From: Octopus sinensis
Lineage: Eukaryota
NCBI RefSeq assembly: GCF_006345805.1
Contig: NC_043005.1
Coordinates: forward strand, 5,890,001 to 5,954,000
Length of the DNA: 64,000 nucleotides
Direction of reading: 5' to 3'
Part shown: piece by piece, positions 1 to 13,020 of the stretch
Position numbering within the stretch: position 1 is the first letter of the stretch
Layout of the letters: the number at the start of each line of letters is the position of its first letter
Notes under the pieces: model-generated
The model's input: the letters and a program-made list of their open reading frames with translations, nothing else
What the model was told of the DNA's origin: nothing
The model's database searches: none
Translations under genes and position numbers: made by a program

Positions 1-423
1 TGAGAACCACTGAAGGGGGACAGATATTATTTGAAATAGCTGAGTGTGTTTATATATGTATGTGTGTGTGTGTGTATGTGTGTGTGTGTGTGTGTGTGTG
101 CATATGTGTATGTGTATCAATAGTGGAAATATGTTTTGAAAGTGCTGTGATCGAATTTCACCTGCACCCGCGCAACTGCTCCATAACTCTCATAGTATAT
201 CTGGTAGCTGCCGTTGTCTTTTTTTTTTTAGCGTCATTAGTTCGAATGGTTGTCGTGGGCGGGGTCGTCATCTGTTTTCTCTGTCCCTGCTTCGACAGAT
301 TGCTGCTGCAGCTGGATACCTGTAGAAAGTACTAACATCAACTGAGCCATTCACTTCATCAATGTTCTGGTCTTTAAACGCTTCACTGGGTTTGCTAGAA
401 CGGGGGCTGACCTTGACTAATCA

Positions 424-1100
424 CCAACAACAAAACCCACCATTGTTACTACGGCAAGCAATCACCGTTAACATCAATAGTACTATTACAGTTAAATACC
501 ACCACCACCATCAACAACAACAACAATAACAGTAACTACCATCACTACCACCACCACCACCACCACAACTAGCACCACTAATAACAACAACAACCACTAC
601 CACCACCACCACCACCAACAACAGCAACCCCCACCACCAACAACAGTAACTACCACCAAAACCACTACCACCACCACCATCACTACCATCACCACCACCA
701 CCAACAACAACAACAACAGTAATTACCACCACCACCAGCAACAACAACCATTGCTACCATTACACAACCAATGCTACCACTATCACCACTACTACCGCCC
801 ACGCTTCTGCCAACACCACCCACCACCGCCATCGCCACCACCATTAACATCCCATCCCACTTCTATTGTCTGATGCACCGCTATCACCATCGCCATGATT
901 ACACTGGCCATCACCACCACCACCACTCTCGCCACCATCAGCACCACTATAATCAACGCCACCACCACCACCACATCGACCCCAATAATCACCACCACCA
1001 CTACCATCGCCACCACAACCACCATCACAATCCCCACCACAACCATAATCACCACCACCACCAACACAACAACCACCATCACCACTACCACCTGCACTAT
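424..1100. repeat. Compound (CAC/CAA/CAT)n trinucleotide array
   Basis: Direct reading; explains ORFs 511-1202. Confidence 0.95.
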
Positions 1101-1645
1101 ATGCCTCTACTACTTACTGCTGCGAGTCGTACCTGGCCATGCGGCCTGGTAGAAATAGCAGCTAAATATCCTCCGACCAAACCCTACCTTCTTAAGAAAT
1201 AAAAACAAAAACAAATAGAACATTGAATAACAATGTAATGCTTAGATACAGCACATGGGGGGGGGGGACTGAATATCATCATCATCATCATCATCATCAG
1301 CATCAGCAGCAGCAGCATAAGCAACAACAACAACAACAATAACGGTATTTAGGGCTTTGGTTAAAAACACTAAAAGCAAATGAAAAAGCAGGAATCAGGC
1401 ATGAGCGCTCGGTGTAGCCGAGGCTTAAAGCAGACAGCAATGATGCATCGGAGAGTGTGACTAATGCATCGCACAATGCAGTGCAGCTCGCTGCAACAGG
1501 GTGTGGAGAAGAAAGGGGGGGGGGATCTGTGTGTTTTTATACAGGAATGGAAGGTGACCGACAGATTGACTGATTGAGTCTCTGTTCGATTGATGTAACT
1601 TGTGTGCGTAGGACATTGACCATACACTGATTATACGTGTGTATA

Positions 1646-1746
<101 letters not shown>

Positions 1747-1837
1747 ATGGGGTTCCTACATGTATATGTGTGTGTGCACATATTTGCATATATGAGTATA
1801 TATGAATATATATATACGTATATTTATACGTATATAT

Positions 1838-1983
1838 GTGTTGGCTGTGTGGTAAGTAGCTTGTTTATCAACCACATGATTTTGGGTTCATTCTCACTGT
1901 AGTGTCTTCTACTATAGCCTTGGGCCGACCAAAGCCTTGTGAGTGGATTTGGTAGATGGAAACTGAAAGAAGCCCGTCGTATA

Positions 1984-2057
<74 letters not shown>

Positions 2058-2287
2058 GTATATATGTATGTGTGTGTATATGTTTGTATGTCTATGTTTG
2101 TCAACATGACTTGACAACCGATACTGGTGTGTTTACGTCCCCGTAACTTAGCAGTTCGGCAAAAGAGACCGATAGAATAAGTACTAGGCTTCCAAAGAAT
2201 AAGTCCTGGGTTCGATTTGCTCGACTAAATGGTGGTGCTCCAGCATGGCCGCAGTCAAATGACTGCTACAAGTAAAAGAGTAAAAGA

Positions 2288-2290
<3 letters not shown>
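1838..2290 (+). mobile_element. tRNA-derived SINE family C with internal (TA)n
   Basis: Head TGGCTGTGTGGTAAG...GGGTTCA, body GGAAACTGAAAGAAGCCCGTCGT(AT)n...GACAACCGAT..., tail AAGTAAAAGAG. Confidence 0.85.
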
Positions 2291-2321
<31 letters not shown>

Positions 2322-2626
2322 GCACAGTAGCTGATGCATACATACATTTAGATATGTGTGTGTATTTCTACACACACACACACATATGTGTGTAAAAGTA
2401 ATGACAATACATACAAACACACGCACAAGATAACTGACACAAACTCGCATACACTTTCACAATATATACACCCACTGATTGAAACTTATATACATGCACA
2501 CACTGAATTAGTGACATACATGCACACACACATACACACACACACACAGATCCACATATTTTTGAATGTACAGACACACACACACATACTGACACATTTC
2601 TCACTCTCTCTCTCTCTCTCTTTCTT

Positions 2627-2657
<31 letters not shown>

Positions 2658-3182
2658 CACGCACACACACACACACGCACACACACACGCACACACACAC
2701 GCACACACACACGCACACACACACACACACGCGTACGCACACACACGCACACACACACACACAGGCACACACACACGCACACACACACACGCACACACAC
2801 ACGCACACACACACACACACGCACACACACGCGTACGCACACACACACGCACACACACACACACGCACACGCACACACACCCACTCATATATGTATAAGT
2901 CATGCATCTCACCAGGGTCTGTGAGATGTCGATAGGGATCAGCTGGTTCATCGTCCCAAGGGGTTAGGAGATTCAAAAAAGACGCCAGGAGACATAAGGC
3001 CTCCTGCGAATTTCTGACAGCGGGAAGATCCCTACGCCTTTTCTCAGGAACAGGGTCGAAAAATAACCTCCTCACGCCTCGTAAAAAATTACCCTGCGGT
3101 CCTACACGTCACTTAATATAACACTTCTACATACATGCATATCCGCGTGTATGTGCATGAACATGTGCGTGCGTGTGTGTGT

Positions 3183-3235
<53 letters not shown>

Positions 3236-3473
3236 GTGTGTGTATGTGTGAGTTTGTGTGTGTTTGTGTGTCTGTTGATTTACCAGAAGTGATAAATTTC
3301 AGGACTGAATACAAACTGTTGAGTCTTCCTTAATGCATCGTCATTGAAAGGCTTCGATTTCCAGTGCTCAGACTTGCTCGTTTCCAGTTATCAGCTGGGA
3401 AACCGATAATGATGATGATGATGATGACGATGATGACGATGATGATGATGATGATGTGTGCGTGCGCGTATAA

Positions 3474-3521
<48 letters not shown>

Positions 3522-3655
3522 GTATATGTACAGTCGTTTGATTACAATTCAGTGTCTGACGATGTATAATTGTGGAGGTTGGAGAAGCTTCGAAGTCACT
3601 GTCAATGAAATTGTTATCAACATCTGACAACACACATTCACACATAATGCATGCA

Positions 3656-3697
<42 letters not shown>

Positions 3698-4256
3698 TAC
3701 ACACACACACACATAGAAAGAGAGAGATGGGGAGGGGGGAGAAAGATAAATACACACGTGTGTGTGTGTTGGTATATGCACACACATTTGATTAACACCC
3801 CAAAATACCGAAAGCTATACGTATATGCACATACACGTGTGTGTTCGTATGCCACGTACAGATATGCACATCGTTTCTCCTGTTGCTAGACGTAGAAAAT
3901 AGGCAGGTGTAGGGCCTCATTGCTGGATAAAGTCTTCCGGGAGTTGAGAAGGAATGAATATTTTATTCGACAGATGGACTGATCAGATTAGCTTGTCAAT
4001 GGAGCAGAGGTGTCAGACGATAGTTCATTAGTAAGACCTTCATAACAACACACGGGGAATTCTGTGTATGTACGAAATGGGGCTGGGCGCTGTTGATAGA
4101 CAGATGCCATAGCTTGAAAGGGAAGAGAGAGAGAGACCGAGGGAGAGAGAGGCATGAGACAAATTTTCATTAGGAAATCCACAAAATAGGGGTATTTGTA
4201 CGTAAATGTTAAAACGTGGGCGCAGTGTAGACTTTAGATACCATAATTTGAGAAGG

Positions 4257-4338
<82 letters not shown>

Positions 4339-4769
4339 TTGGGTAGAGGTTTTAAATGAATTTTCATTCGGGAGTCCGTAAAACAGACAGGCATTTGTGA
4401 TTGTTGGAGAGTTGATTGTTATGTAGAGATTTGAGGGATGGTGGAGGTAACTTGAAAGAGAGAGAGAGAGAGGGGGGTATGAACGCATCTCCATCTCCAC
4501 ATACTGAGAAACAACAGGAAGATACCATTCTGTTACACCTAATGGACTGAAGAACTGAGTTACAGACTATGAAGATTTTGGTTCACCGAATCTGTGAAGT
4601 GGTTTCGAATCCCGGTTAAACTACGCACTTCACTTACGCTGTTGATGTCCTTGAGAAAAGGAAAATTCTCTACAAATCTAATATCCTTTTTTTTTTCTTA
4701 TGTAAAATGACAGGATTTTATTCAAATAATATTTGAGGAGCGATCTCGTATCCTGAGTTATATATGGAT

Positions 4770-5153
4770 GGAAGCACTCCGTCGGTTACGACGACGAGGG
4801 TTCCGGTTGATCCGAATCAACGGAACAGCCTGCTCGTGAAATTAACGTGTAAGTGGCTGAGCACTCCACAGACACGTGTACCCTTAACGTAGTTCTCAGG
4901 GATATTCAGCGTGACACAGAGAGTGACAAGGCCGGCCCTTTGAAATACAGGTACAACAGAAACAGGAAGTAAGAGTGAGAGAAAGTTGTGGTGAAAGAGT
5001 ACAGCAGGGATCACCACCATCCCCTGCCGGAGCCTCATGGAGCTTTAGGTGTTTTTGCTCAATAAACACTCACAACGCCCGGTCTGGGAATCGAAACCGC
5101 GATCCTATGACTGCGAGTCCGCTGCCTTAACCACTGGGCCATTGCGCCTCCAC
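4770..5153 (-). mobile_element. tRNA-derived SINE family A
   Basis: Head GTGGAGGCGCAATGGCCCAGTGGTTAAGGCAGCGGACTCGCAG..GGTTTCGATTCCC (A and B boxes); TSD-like TGAGTT(TT)ATATA at both sides. Confidence 0.88.
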
Positions 5154-5519
5154 TGAGTTTTATATACTCCCAGATGGACAGTGCCTTTTACTTCACTGGA
5201 GTCGGTAAGACATGTAAATAAACTGGGATTTATTTAATTCATTGATCCAGTGACCTGGCTTAATTTAGCAAGCTGGTTTCAGTTCCTGATTCGAGCAATT
5301 TTAGTTCACTTACACAAGTAACATCCAGAACAGATAAAATCAAGTACCAGTCACGTACTGGGGTCGATGACATCGAGTTCTCTTCGCTTCCCTAAGAGTT
5401 TCTAGCCTTGTGCTTAAATCAGGAACCATCCATTGTTGAGATAACATATATTTCTACTCTCAGACAACTTTTTTTTTATTGGATCTAGATACTACGATAG
5501 TATTATTAAAATCAACAGT

Positions 5520-5700
5520 AAGGCAGCGAGCTGGCAGAATGCGTAACGGCATTTCGTCCGTTTTTACGTTCTAAGTTCAACTTTGCTTTTCATCGTTTCG
5601 GGGTCGATAAAATAAATACCAGTTGATTACTGGAGTCGATGTAAGCGACTTATCCCGTCCCCCGAACTTGCTGGCCTTGTACCGAAATTTGAAACCAATA
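5520..5700 (+). mobile_element. SINE family B
   Basis: GGCAGCGAGCTGGCAGAAT..TTTCATCGTTTCGGGGTCGATAAAAT..ACCAG..CTGGAGTCGATG; further + copies at 8326-8540, 9248-9375, 17850-18195 and 54850-54970. Confidence 0.8.
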
Positions 5701-8585
5701 TTAAAAATAACAGTGGTGGAAATATCTGGCATCTTTTAGATGTTAAAGAAACTCAGTTTGGAATGTAGAATTGTATAGAGACCGTTTTAAAAAACAATAA
5801 TGGAATCACATTAAAAACCTTTTAATATTTGCCAGTGATAATGTTAATTTTATGATTGAAATCAAAGCGAGAATTCAATATCTCTTGTAGCAGAAAAGTC
5901 TTCAAATCTTCACACAGTCTTGGTTTGTCATTGCGTTTGTGTGGCTCTCAGCCTGCACTGAAGTAACATATTATTAACAAGGGTTAACCAGATACATTTC
6001 TACATACTTAGGCAATAGTTCTAAATGCGTGAATTAATACAAAGAATTTCAAAAATGTACAAATACCAATCTTCAACAAAGCGAAATTCTCTGAACGAGC
6101 CACATAAAATGACCTTCCCATGAGCAAACGGTGAAAATAATTTTAGAACAATGACCTTGCAGACGCTTTCGCAGCCCTCTACATCTGCTGCCTTCCAACA
6201 CGATATTTCTGTTGCTTCGAGAACCGCAGAGAAAGAGACATAACAAAAAATATGGGTACAAATTTGTATTTTACTTCCTTCACTTGCATTCTACTTTTGG
6301 TAACACAGTATACCGTGCTTTTGTTACTTTTCTTTCTTTTCTGTAAATTTGTACTATTACATCTGATTCGTGAGACGGGTGTAAAGCATAAAGAGCACAG
6401 AATTGAGGGGCAAAAATGCTAAGAATTATATTTTTCGGACCAAAAATTCTTTCACGGAAGAAAACAACCACTCCATTCCTTACACTTTCCCTTCTCCATG
6501 AGGTAGAGATAGCTATTCCGAAAGTTCATCGCGAAGCGAGTGTAATAGTAAATATTCAAATTGTTTTAAGGTGTCTGTGTAATCGCTAGCAGACAGAGAC
6601 GCCCATTCGGCTCCCTTCATTTTATCCCAGCTGTACATCCAGGTTGTGATAACTGGGGGGAGAGAGAGAGATGTACCCACACTCGACTGGTGCTTATTTT
6701 TTAGAAGAGGAAACTGAATCAAGAACACATCGCGTAACACGCCACCCGGTTCGGGTATTGAATCCTCGACATTATGATTGTAAGTCGAATATCCTAACCA
6801 TCAGAGCACACGTATCAGGCATTACTCAGTTCAAGCTGGAGTTTCAAGCAGAAACGTTTAAATTTCTCAGTTAAGGAATTTTCTTAATAAAGGGATTTTT
6901 GGTAATTTCCTCAAGCGAAGAACTCTGAAATCTAATGATTTTAGTAGAATTAGTCTTAACGATCATCGCACCTATTTCATGATGGTTGACATTTATTTTG
7001 GTGCCACTGTAGAAAGAACTTATCTGACATGATTCAAGAAAAAATTCCTCCAAAGAACTGCAAGAATTTCTAATAAATATTTAAAATTTCTCTTGTTTGC
7101 CTTCCAAAACAGATGTTTCGACGCTTTTTGTCACGTGAGCTGTTTACAAGGCATTAGTACCAACCACCGCTATCGGCAGAAGGCCGTCACATTATCCAAT
7201 TAGAAGTGAAATTTTCCAGCTTAGTCCATGAGCAACATCATAATTAAATTAATGAAGAATTGGGGGTGGGGGGTTTATATTGCATGCAAACCTTTTAATG
7301 CTGAAAAATGCACGAAAGCATTTTCCGGTTTAATTTCTCAAGAAAAAAAATATTGCGGCAAATATCGTTTTCTTTTATTGTCGAAATTTACGATCTCGCA
7401 TCTTTCTCTGCTTATTCATCGGCAGCTGTTGAATTTTCTCGTTACTCGACAACATTGAAGTTAAAAATCGAGCCTCTTTGTAAATATCAGCATAAAATGT
7501 TGTAATAAAATCTAAGTCTTTTTTTACAAGGCATTAAATGACTTCACGGGATTGAGTCTATCACAACAGCTTCATGATAGAAAGTAAGAAGCAAATACAA
7601 GTATAGTAAATGGTGGAGTGTGGAGTTGAGTGGTTTAGTGGTTAGGGTGTTGGACTCATAATCGTAAGATCGTGGTTTCGATCTCTGGAGCGGGCGATGC
7701 GTTGTGCTCTTGAGCAAAACACTTCACGTTGCTCCAGTCCACTCAGCTGGCAAAAATGAGTAATCTTGCGACGGACCGGTGTCCCATGAGACTATAATGC
7801 CCCGGGGAGGAACTTTACTTCTTTTACAACCAAATAAGGTAGTTGAGGTAAAAGGCCTCTTTTCATAAAGTATAAGCTAAATATTAAAAAGATACTTTTC
7901 TTAGTTTTGGTACTGCTATGTGTAGTTTTGGTTCTAATGGGATAGACAACCAATATGAAAGCCATTGTTATTGTTTACGTGTTTATTTACTTTTCATGTT
8001 ACACGGACGTCAACATTCAGCGTAGTGATACACTATATACTTTACACACAGTTTGTACTGTTCACTAACAAAATAGTGCCAAAAGTGGGGATGTATTCTA
8101 CACACGTGTACACATAGATATGAATGTGTAACAGGTACTATCATAGAACAATTTCTGGAAGTTCTCTGATAAAACTAGATTATGCTGGATTTTTCAGGAA
8201 TATGTTAAGAAAGTTAAAAACTGATGTTATTTCTATTTTTTCTTTGTCGTGTTATATAATTATAATGTGTATGGTATGTAGATTTACATCTAATGTATGT
8301 ATATTCATGGTGATGACAGGAGCGACAAAGGTGGCGTGCTGGCAGAATTGTTAGCGCACCGGGCACAATGCTTAGCGGCATTTCATCCATCTTGACGCTC
8401 CGAGTTCAAATTCCGTCCAGGTCGACTTTGCCTTTCGGAGTCGATAAAATAAGTACCAGTTGAACACTGGGGCCGATGTAATCGAGATGGCCCCCTTCCA
8501 TCGAAAATTCCTGGTTTGGTGCCAAAATTTAAAGTCAAATGTTAAGTGCGACACTTTATACTATACAAAACTTGTGGTCCTTTTT

Positions 8586-9003
8586 AATCTCTCTCTCTTT
8601 TACTCTTTTACTTGTTTCAGTCATTTGACTGCGGCCATGCTGGAGCACCGCCTTTAGTCGAGCATATCGACCCCGGGACTTATTCTTTGTAAGCCCAGTA
8701 CTTATTCTATCTGTCTCTTTTGCCGAACCGCTAAGGGACGTAAACACACCAGCATCGGTTGTCAAGCAATGCTAGGGGGACAAACACAGACACACAAACA
8801 CACACACGCATACATACATATATATATATACATATATACGACAGGCTTCTTTCAGTTTCCGTCTACTAAATCCACTCACAAGGCTTTGGTCGGCCCGGGG
8901 CTATAGCAGAAGACACTTGCCCAAGATGCCACGCAGTGGGACTGAACCCAGAACCATGTGGATGGTAAGCAAGCTACTTACCACACAGCCACCCCTGCGC
9001 CTA
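8586..9003 (-). mobile_element. SINE family C
   Basis: Reverse-complement match to 1838-2290 with complete head. Confidence 0.88.
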
Positions 9004-10185
9004 TATGTTTACATTCTTTTACAATTCTACAAGAAATCACTGGTGTCAATATCTTTTCATCATACAGCGACGATGTTTCAGTTGACGAAGACGAAATTAA
9101 AGGTGACAATGTAATCGATATTGATGATAACGAAACCGAGACAAATGACGAATTTGAGGAGAGGGAACCCCCGTCCCCCACCCCACCCTCGACACACTGG
9201 AAAGCATGATATCAACCAAACAACATTTATATCGTCTATTATTAATGATGAACTGGCAGAATCGTTATTCTGAGTTCAAATTTTGTCGAGGTCGACTTTA
9301 CCCTTCATGTTTTCGGGGTCGAAAAAATAAGAACCGATTGATCAGTGGAATCGATTTAATCATTTCCCCGAAATTTCGCCTATAATAAAACGGATTATTA
9401 AATAGAGATAACTGAAAATTAATTTTTAAAAAAACCCAACTTATTTTATAAAATATTAAAATGTATACTGTTATATATAAAGCTAAAGTACATGGAGTTC
9501 TATCTAACGAAATTATTGATCCAGCCGCAAACAGTAGAATTTGATCATCTGTAAACAGGACTAAAAAAAGTTACACAATGTCGTATACTTTAGTAAAACA
9601 GTGACCTTAATCTGTAATAAACTGAATCAAGTGATTCTTAAGCATGACTTCATGACGCATTGCAGATTAAGGAAAATAAAAAAGAAAAATAGGAACTTAT
9701 TGGTGCGCTCGATAGAGAATTATTTAAAAAAAATATATATATATATATACTAAGTTTTGAAGTTTAAAATTCAGAAAAAATGTAGAAATCAATTGTTTTT
9801 AGTTTAGTGTAGTCGCAATATTATAGCTGAATAGTTCAGTGAGAAGAAGTGTGTTGTAAAGCCAAAAGGTTAAGCCCTAAGTCTGAGCTCGCTGTGTAGC
9901 TTCTTGGGTAAATGTCATTACCTATGATAGCTTCAGGTTGACATATATACCTGGTGAGTGTATATTGAGGAGGCAGGAACTGTATAGGAATGCATTTTTG
10001 TTGAAGAAGATGATACGCAGAGGAATATCGAAACTGGAATCTCGTGGCTGCGAAGCGAGCTTCTTAACCATTCGACCATACTGCGCGCGTGCACACACAC
10101 ACACACAGAGAAAGAGACAATACTTGCATAAATACATACATAAAATATCATGTGTGTGTGTATGTATATATATATATATAATATA

Positions 10186-10388
10186 GGTGACCTCGTGTGT
10201 ACCGTTGGCGATTTTTTTCCCTCTGTCTGCTCTTCTCTGGATCTTTCCTTCTCCTATGTTTCCGACGAAGAGCTCCGCTCGAAACGTTAAACCCTCTTTC
10301 TTTCCTTCTTTCCTGAGCGTCCAATAATACTATATTTGTTCCACGTCCTCGCGTTGTTGTGTTTTTTTGTGCTTTCTTGTTTGGATTA

Positions 10389-10390
<2 letters not shown>
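10186..10390 (+). mobile_element. Non-autonomous hammerhead-bearing mini-element (PLE pLTR/retrozyme-like), copy 1
   Basis: Near-identical to 45682-45894, flanked by (TA)n. HHR motif at 10258-10292 with core CCGACGA (U4 to C). Confidence 0.78.
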
Positions 10391-10444
<54 letters not shown>

Positions 10445-10491
10445 ATAATATATATATATATATATACATACATAGATAGATAAAGAGAGAT

Positions 10492-10890
10492 ATTCTTTTT
10501 CTACTCTAGGCACAAAGCCCGAAATGTTTTGGGGGCGGGGACCAGTCAATTAGATCGACCCCAGTACGCAACTGGTACTCAATTTATCGACCCCGAAAGG
10601 ATGAAAGGAAAAGTCAACCTTGGTGGAATTTGAACCCAGAACGTAGTCGCGAAATACCTATTTCTTTACTACCCACAAGGGGTTAAACACAGAGGAGACA
10701 AACAAGGACAGACAAACGGATCAAGTCGATTATATCGACCCCCAGTGCGTAACTGGTACTTATTTAATCGACCCCGAAAGGATGAAAGGCAAAGCAAACC
10801 TCGGCGGAATTTGAACTCAGAATGTAGCGGCAGACGAAATACCGCAAAGCATTTCGCCCGGCGTGCTAACGATTCTGCCAACTCGCCGCC
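10492..10890 (-). mobile_element. Dimeric SINE family B
   Basis: Two B modules joined by GAAATACCTATTTCTTTACTACCCACAA..; same junction at 46880-47196. Confidence 0.82.
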
Positions 10891-10944
10891 CCTATTTGAA
10901 ACTAACATTATAAAATTAATTGCATTCTAGAATTTGTTTTCCAG

Positions 10945-11110
10945 TGGATCTCCGTCGTTCGTCGATGAGGATTCAGTTATTCGATTAACTGAATTACCTG
11001 CTCCTGAATTAACATGTAAGTGGCCGAGTATTTCACAGACATGTGTTCCCTTAGCGTAATTCTCATGCAGCATCTGAGTCACACAGTAAGTGACAAGACT
11101 GTTACCTTTT
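10945..11110 (+). mobile_element. Body of SINE family A, read in the same orientation as the 4770-4950 text (head missing)
   Basis: Matches 4770-4950 (..CGACGAGGGTTCC..GAAATTAAC..GTAGTTCTCAGG..); strand refers to text orientation only. Confidence 0.65.
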
Positions 11111-11654
11111 TGAATTCCGAGTACAATCCACCCGATGAGATTCCACATAGTTTCCATTTACACAGTTTAACCTCACAAAGGAACCGATAAAAAATTACAT
11201 TTGCCGAAGATGCCTTGCAGTGGGATGGAACCTAGGACCTTGTGGTTGCCAGACGCACTTCTAAACTACTACGGCCATATCTGCACCCATTCCACTTTTG
11301 CAGTCAATTTATTGAAGAAAACTAAAGAACCAGCACAAAATTTGACAAACACCATCTTCAAATATACCATGAGGTGGCGGGGAGGAGGAATGGTGTTGCT
11401 GTTGTTGTTTTTCTTGTTGTTGCTGTTTTTGTAACTTTTGGTTAGTGTTGGTCTTACTGTTGTTATTAATGCTGCTGCTGTTGCTGTTGAGCGAACGGTC
11501 TTCGTTCCAGAGCTCGCAAGATGGGAGAAGTCCGAAACGTGGACCTTTGCTATTCGTAAGACCCGCAGAAGAAGAGATAGCAGGTCAACCCCCGACACGG
11601 AGAGCATCAATGGATGGATGAATGCGCATCCAGGCTCAGCGGTTGCGTAGGAAG

Positions 11655-11835
11655 TCGGGGACAAGAAACAGGAAGAAAGAGTGAGAGAAAGTTGGGGCGA
11701 AAGAGTACAGCAGGGGTCACCACCACCCCCTGCCGGAGCCTCGTTGAGCATTAGGTATTTTCGCTCAATAAACACACAACGCTCGGTCTCGGAATCGAAA
11801 CCGCGCTCCTCCGACCGCAAGTCCGCTGCCCTAAC
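11655..11835 (-). mobile_element. SINE family A head with alternative body
   Basis: GGAGGCGCAATGGCCCAATGGTTAGGGCAGCGGACTTGCGG.. Confidence 0.8.
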
Positions 11836-12135
11836 CATTGGGCCATTGCGCCTCCTGCTGCTGCTGGGTTCTCAAGCACACAGGCAGGCAGACAGATAGA
11901 CGGACAGACATACAGACAGACAGATAGATAGATAGAAAGGAGAGAGAAAAACATACAGACATAGAAAGATATATAGAGAGAAAAGGAAAGAGAGAAGAGG
12001 TAGAGAAATAATAGATAGATAGAGAAAGAGAGAGAGAGAGAGAAAGGAGAGAGAGAAACATACAGATAGGAAGATACATATAGAGAAAAGGTAGAGAAAA
12101 TGAAAGATAGGTAGTTAGATAGATAGATAGATAGA

Positions 12136-12181
<46 letters not shown>

Positions 12182-12329
12182 ATTTCTCATTGACACGATC
12201 CAAAAGTGTTTTTAGCGTAAGCCGTTTTATGGAACATTCCTGACATAAAAGACACACAAAAAGAATCAAAAACTAAGTTAAAAAAAGGAGAAATTATAAA
12301 ACCCAAACCCGGTTATTGATCTTGTACAG

Positions 12330-12540
12330 AAAACTAAGTTTAATCAGGAAACTAAGTGTGGATGGAGGCAGGCGGTTTGCTAATCCTCCGGTATGAGACT
12401 GGGATTGGATCTCATCTACGTTTTATCCACTGTTTTCGATCTTGCTAGAGCTGAATATTTTTGCCCTAAGACTTGTTTACTAATTCTCTCCATTCTTAGA
12501 AACAGAAGACCAAAGGTGTCTTTGAGGCACGAGGAGAGAG
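12330..12540 (+). other. Two exon-like segments (12330-12390, 12500-12540) around a 109-nt GT-AG intron
   Basis: Donor CCG|GTATGA, branch-like TACTAAT at ~12477-83, pyrimidine tract and TTAG acceptor, second donor GAG|GTGTGT. Confidence 0.4.
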
Positions 12541-12699
12541 GTGTGTAGGAGAGAGGTGTTTGTTGGCGGGTTGCTACTGGTAGAAAAGAAAATACTTTTT
12601 TTTGAAAAGGATGTTTTTTTCTAACATTTGTTTGTTATTGGAGATGACTTCTTTTTTTCAGAGGGACAGAGGAAGAAAGCGGTGGAAATAGAGATATTG

Positions 12700-12705
12700 A
12701 GAGAG

Positions 12706-12741
<36 letters not shown>

Positions 12742-13020
12742 TGCCGAGAGAGGGAGAGGGAGAGAGAGAGAGAAGAGTGCCGAGAGAGGGAGAGGGAGAG
12801 AGAGAGAGAGAAGAGTGCCGAGAGAGGGAGAGGGAGAGAGAGAGAGAAGAGTGCCGAGAGAGGGAGAGGGAGAGAGAGAGAGAAGAGTGCCGAGAGAGGG
12901 AGAGGGAGAGAGAGAGGGAGAGAGAGAGGGAGAGAGAGAGGGAGAGAGAGAGAGAAGAGTGCCGAGAGAGGGAGAGAGAGAGAGAAGAGTGCCGAGAGAG
13001 GGAGAGGGAGAAAGAGGGGG
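12700..13020. repeat. GA-rich minisatellite, 7 copies of GAAGAGTGCCGAGAGAGGGAG
   Basis: GTGCC at 12741, 12777, 12815, 12851, 12887, 12959, 12989. Confidence 0.9.

Noticed and set aside
1430-1500. miR-33-like sequence on the minus strand (CTGCATTGTGCGATGCATT)
   Set aside because: Seed-like match only; the opposite arm pairs for just ~7 bp, so there is no pre-miRNA hairpin.
3557-3610. Hammerhead-like CTGACGA..CGAAGTC
   Set aside because: No stem III and no proper stem II.
5060-5153. tRNA genes (also 8920-9003, 46275-46345 and others)
   Set aside because: tRNA-like heads continue into SINE bodies and lack complete acceptor stems.
5174-5204. 31-nt micro-exon candidate (CCCAG|ATGGAC...GTCG|GTAAGA)
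   Set aside because: Good splice motifs, but no partner exon or recognisable peptide; such motifs arise by chance.
6073-6422. Cys-containing short ORFs on both strands
   Set aside because: No recognisable domain and weak splice or start context.
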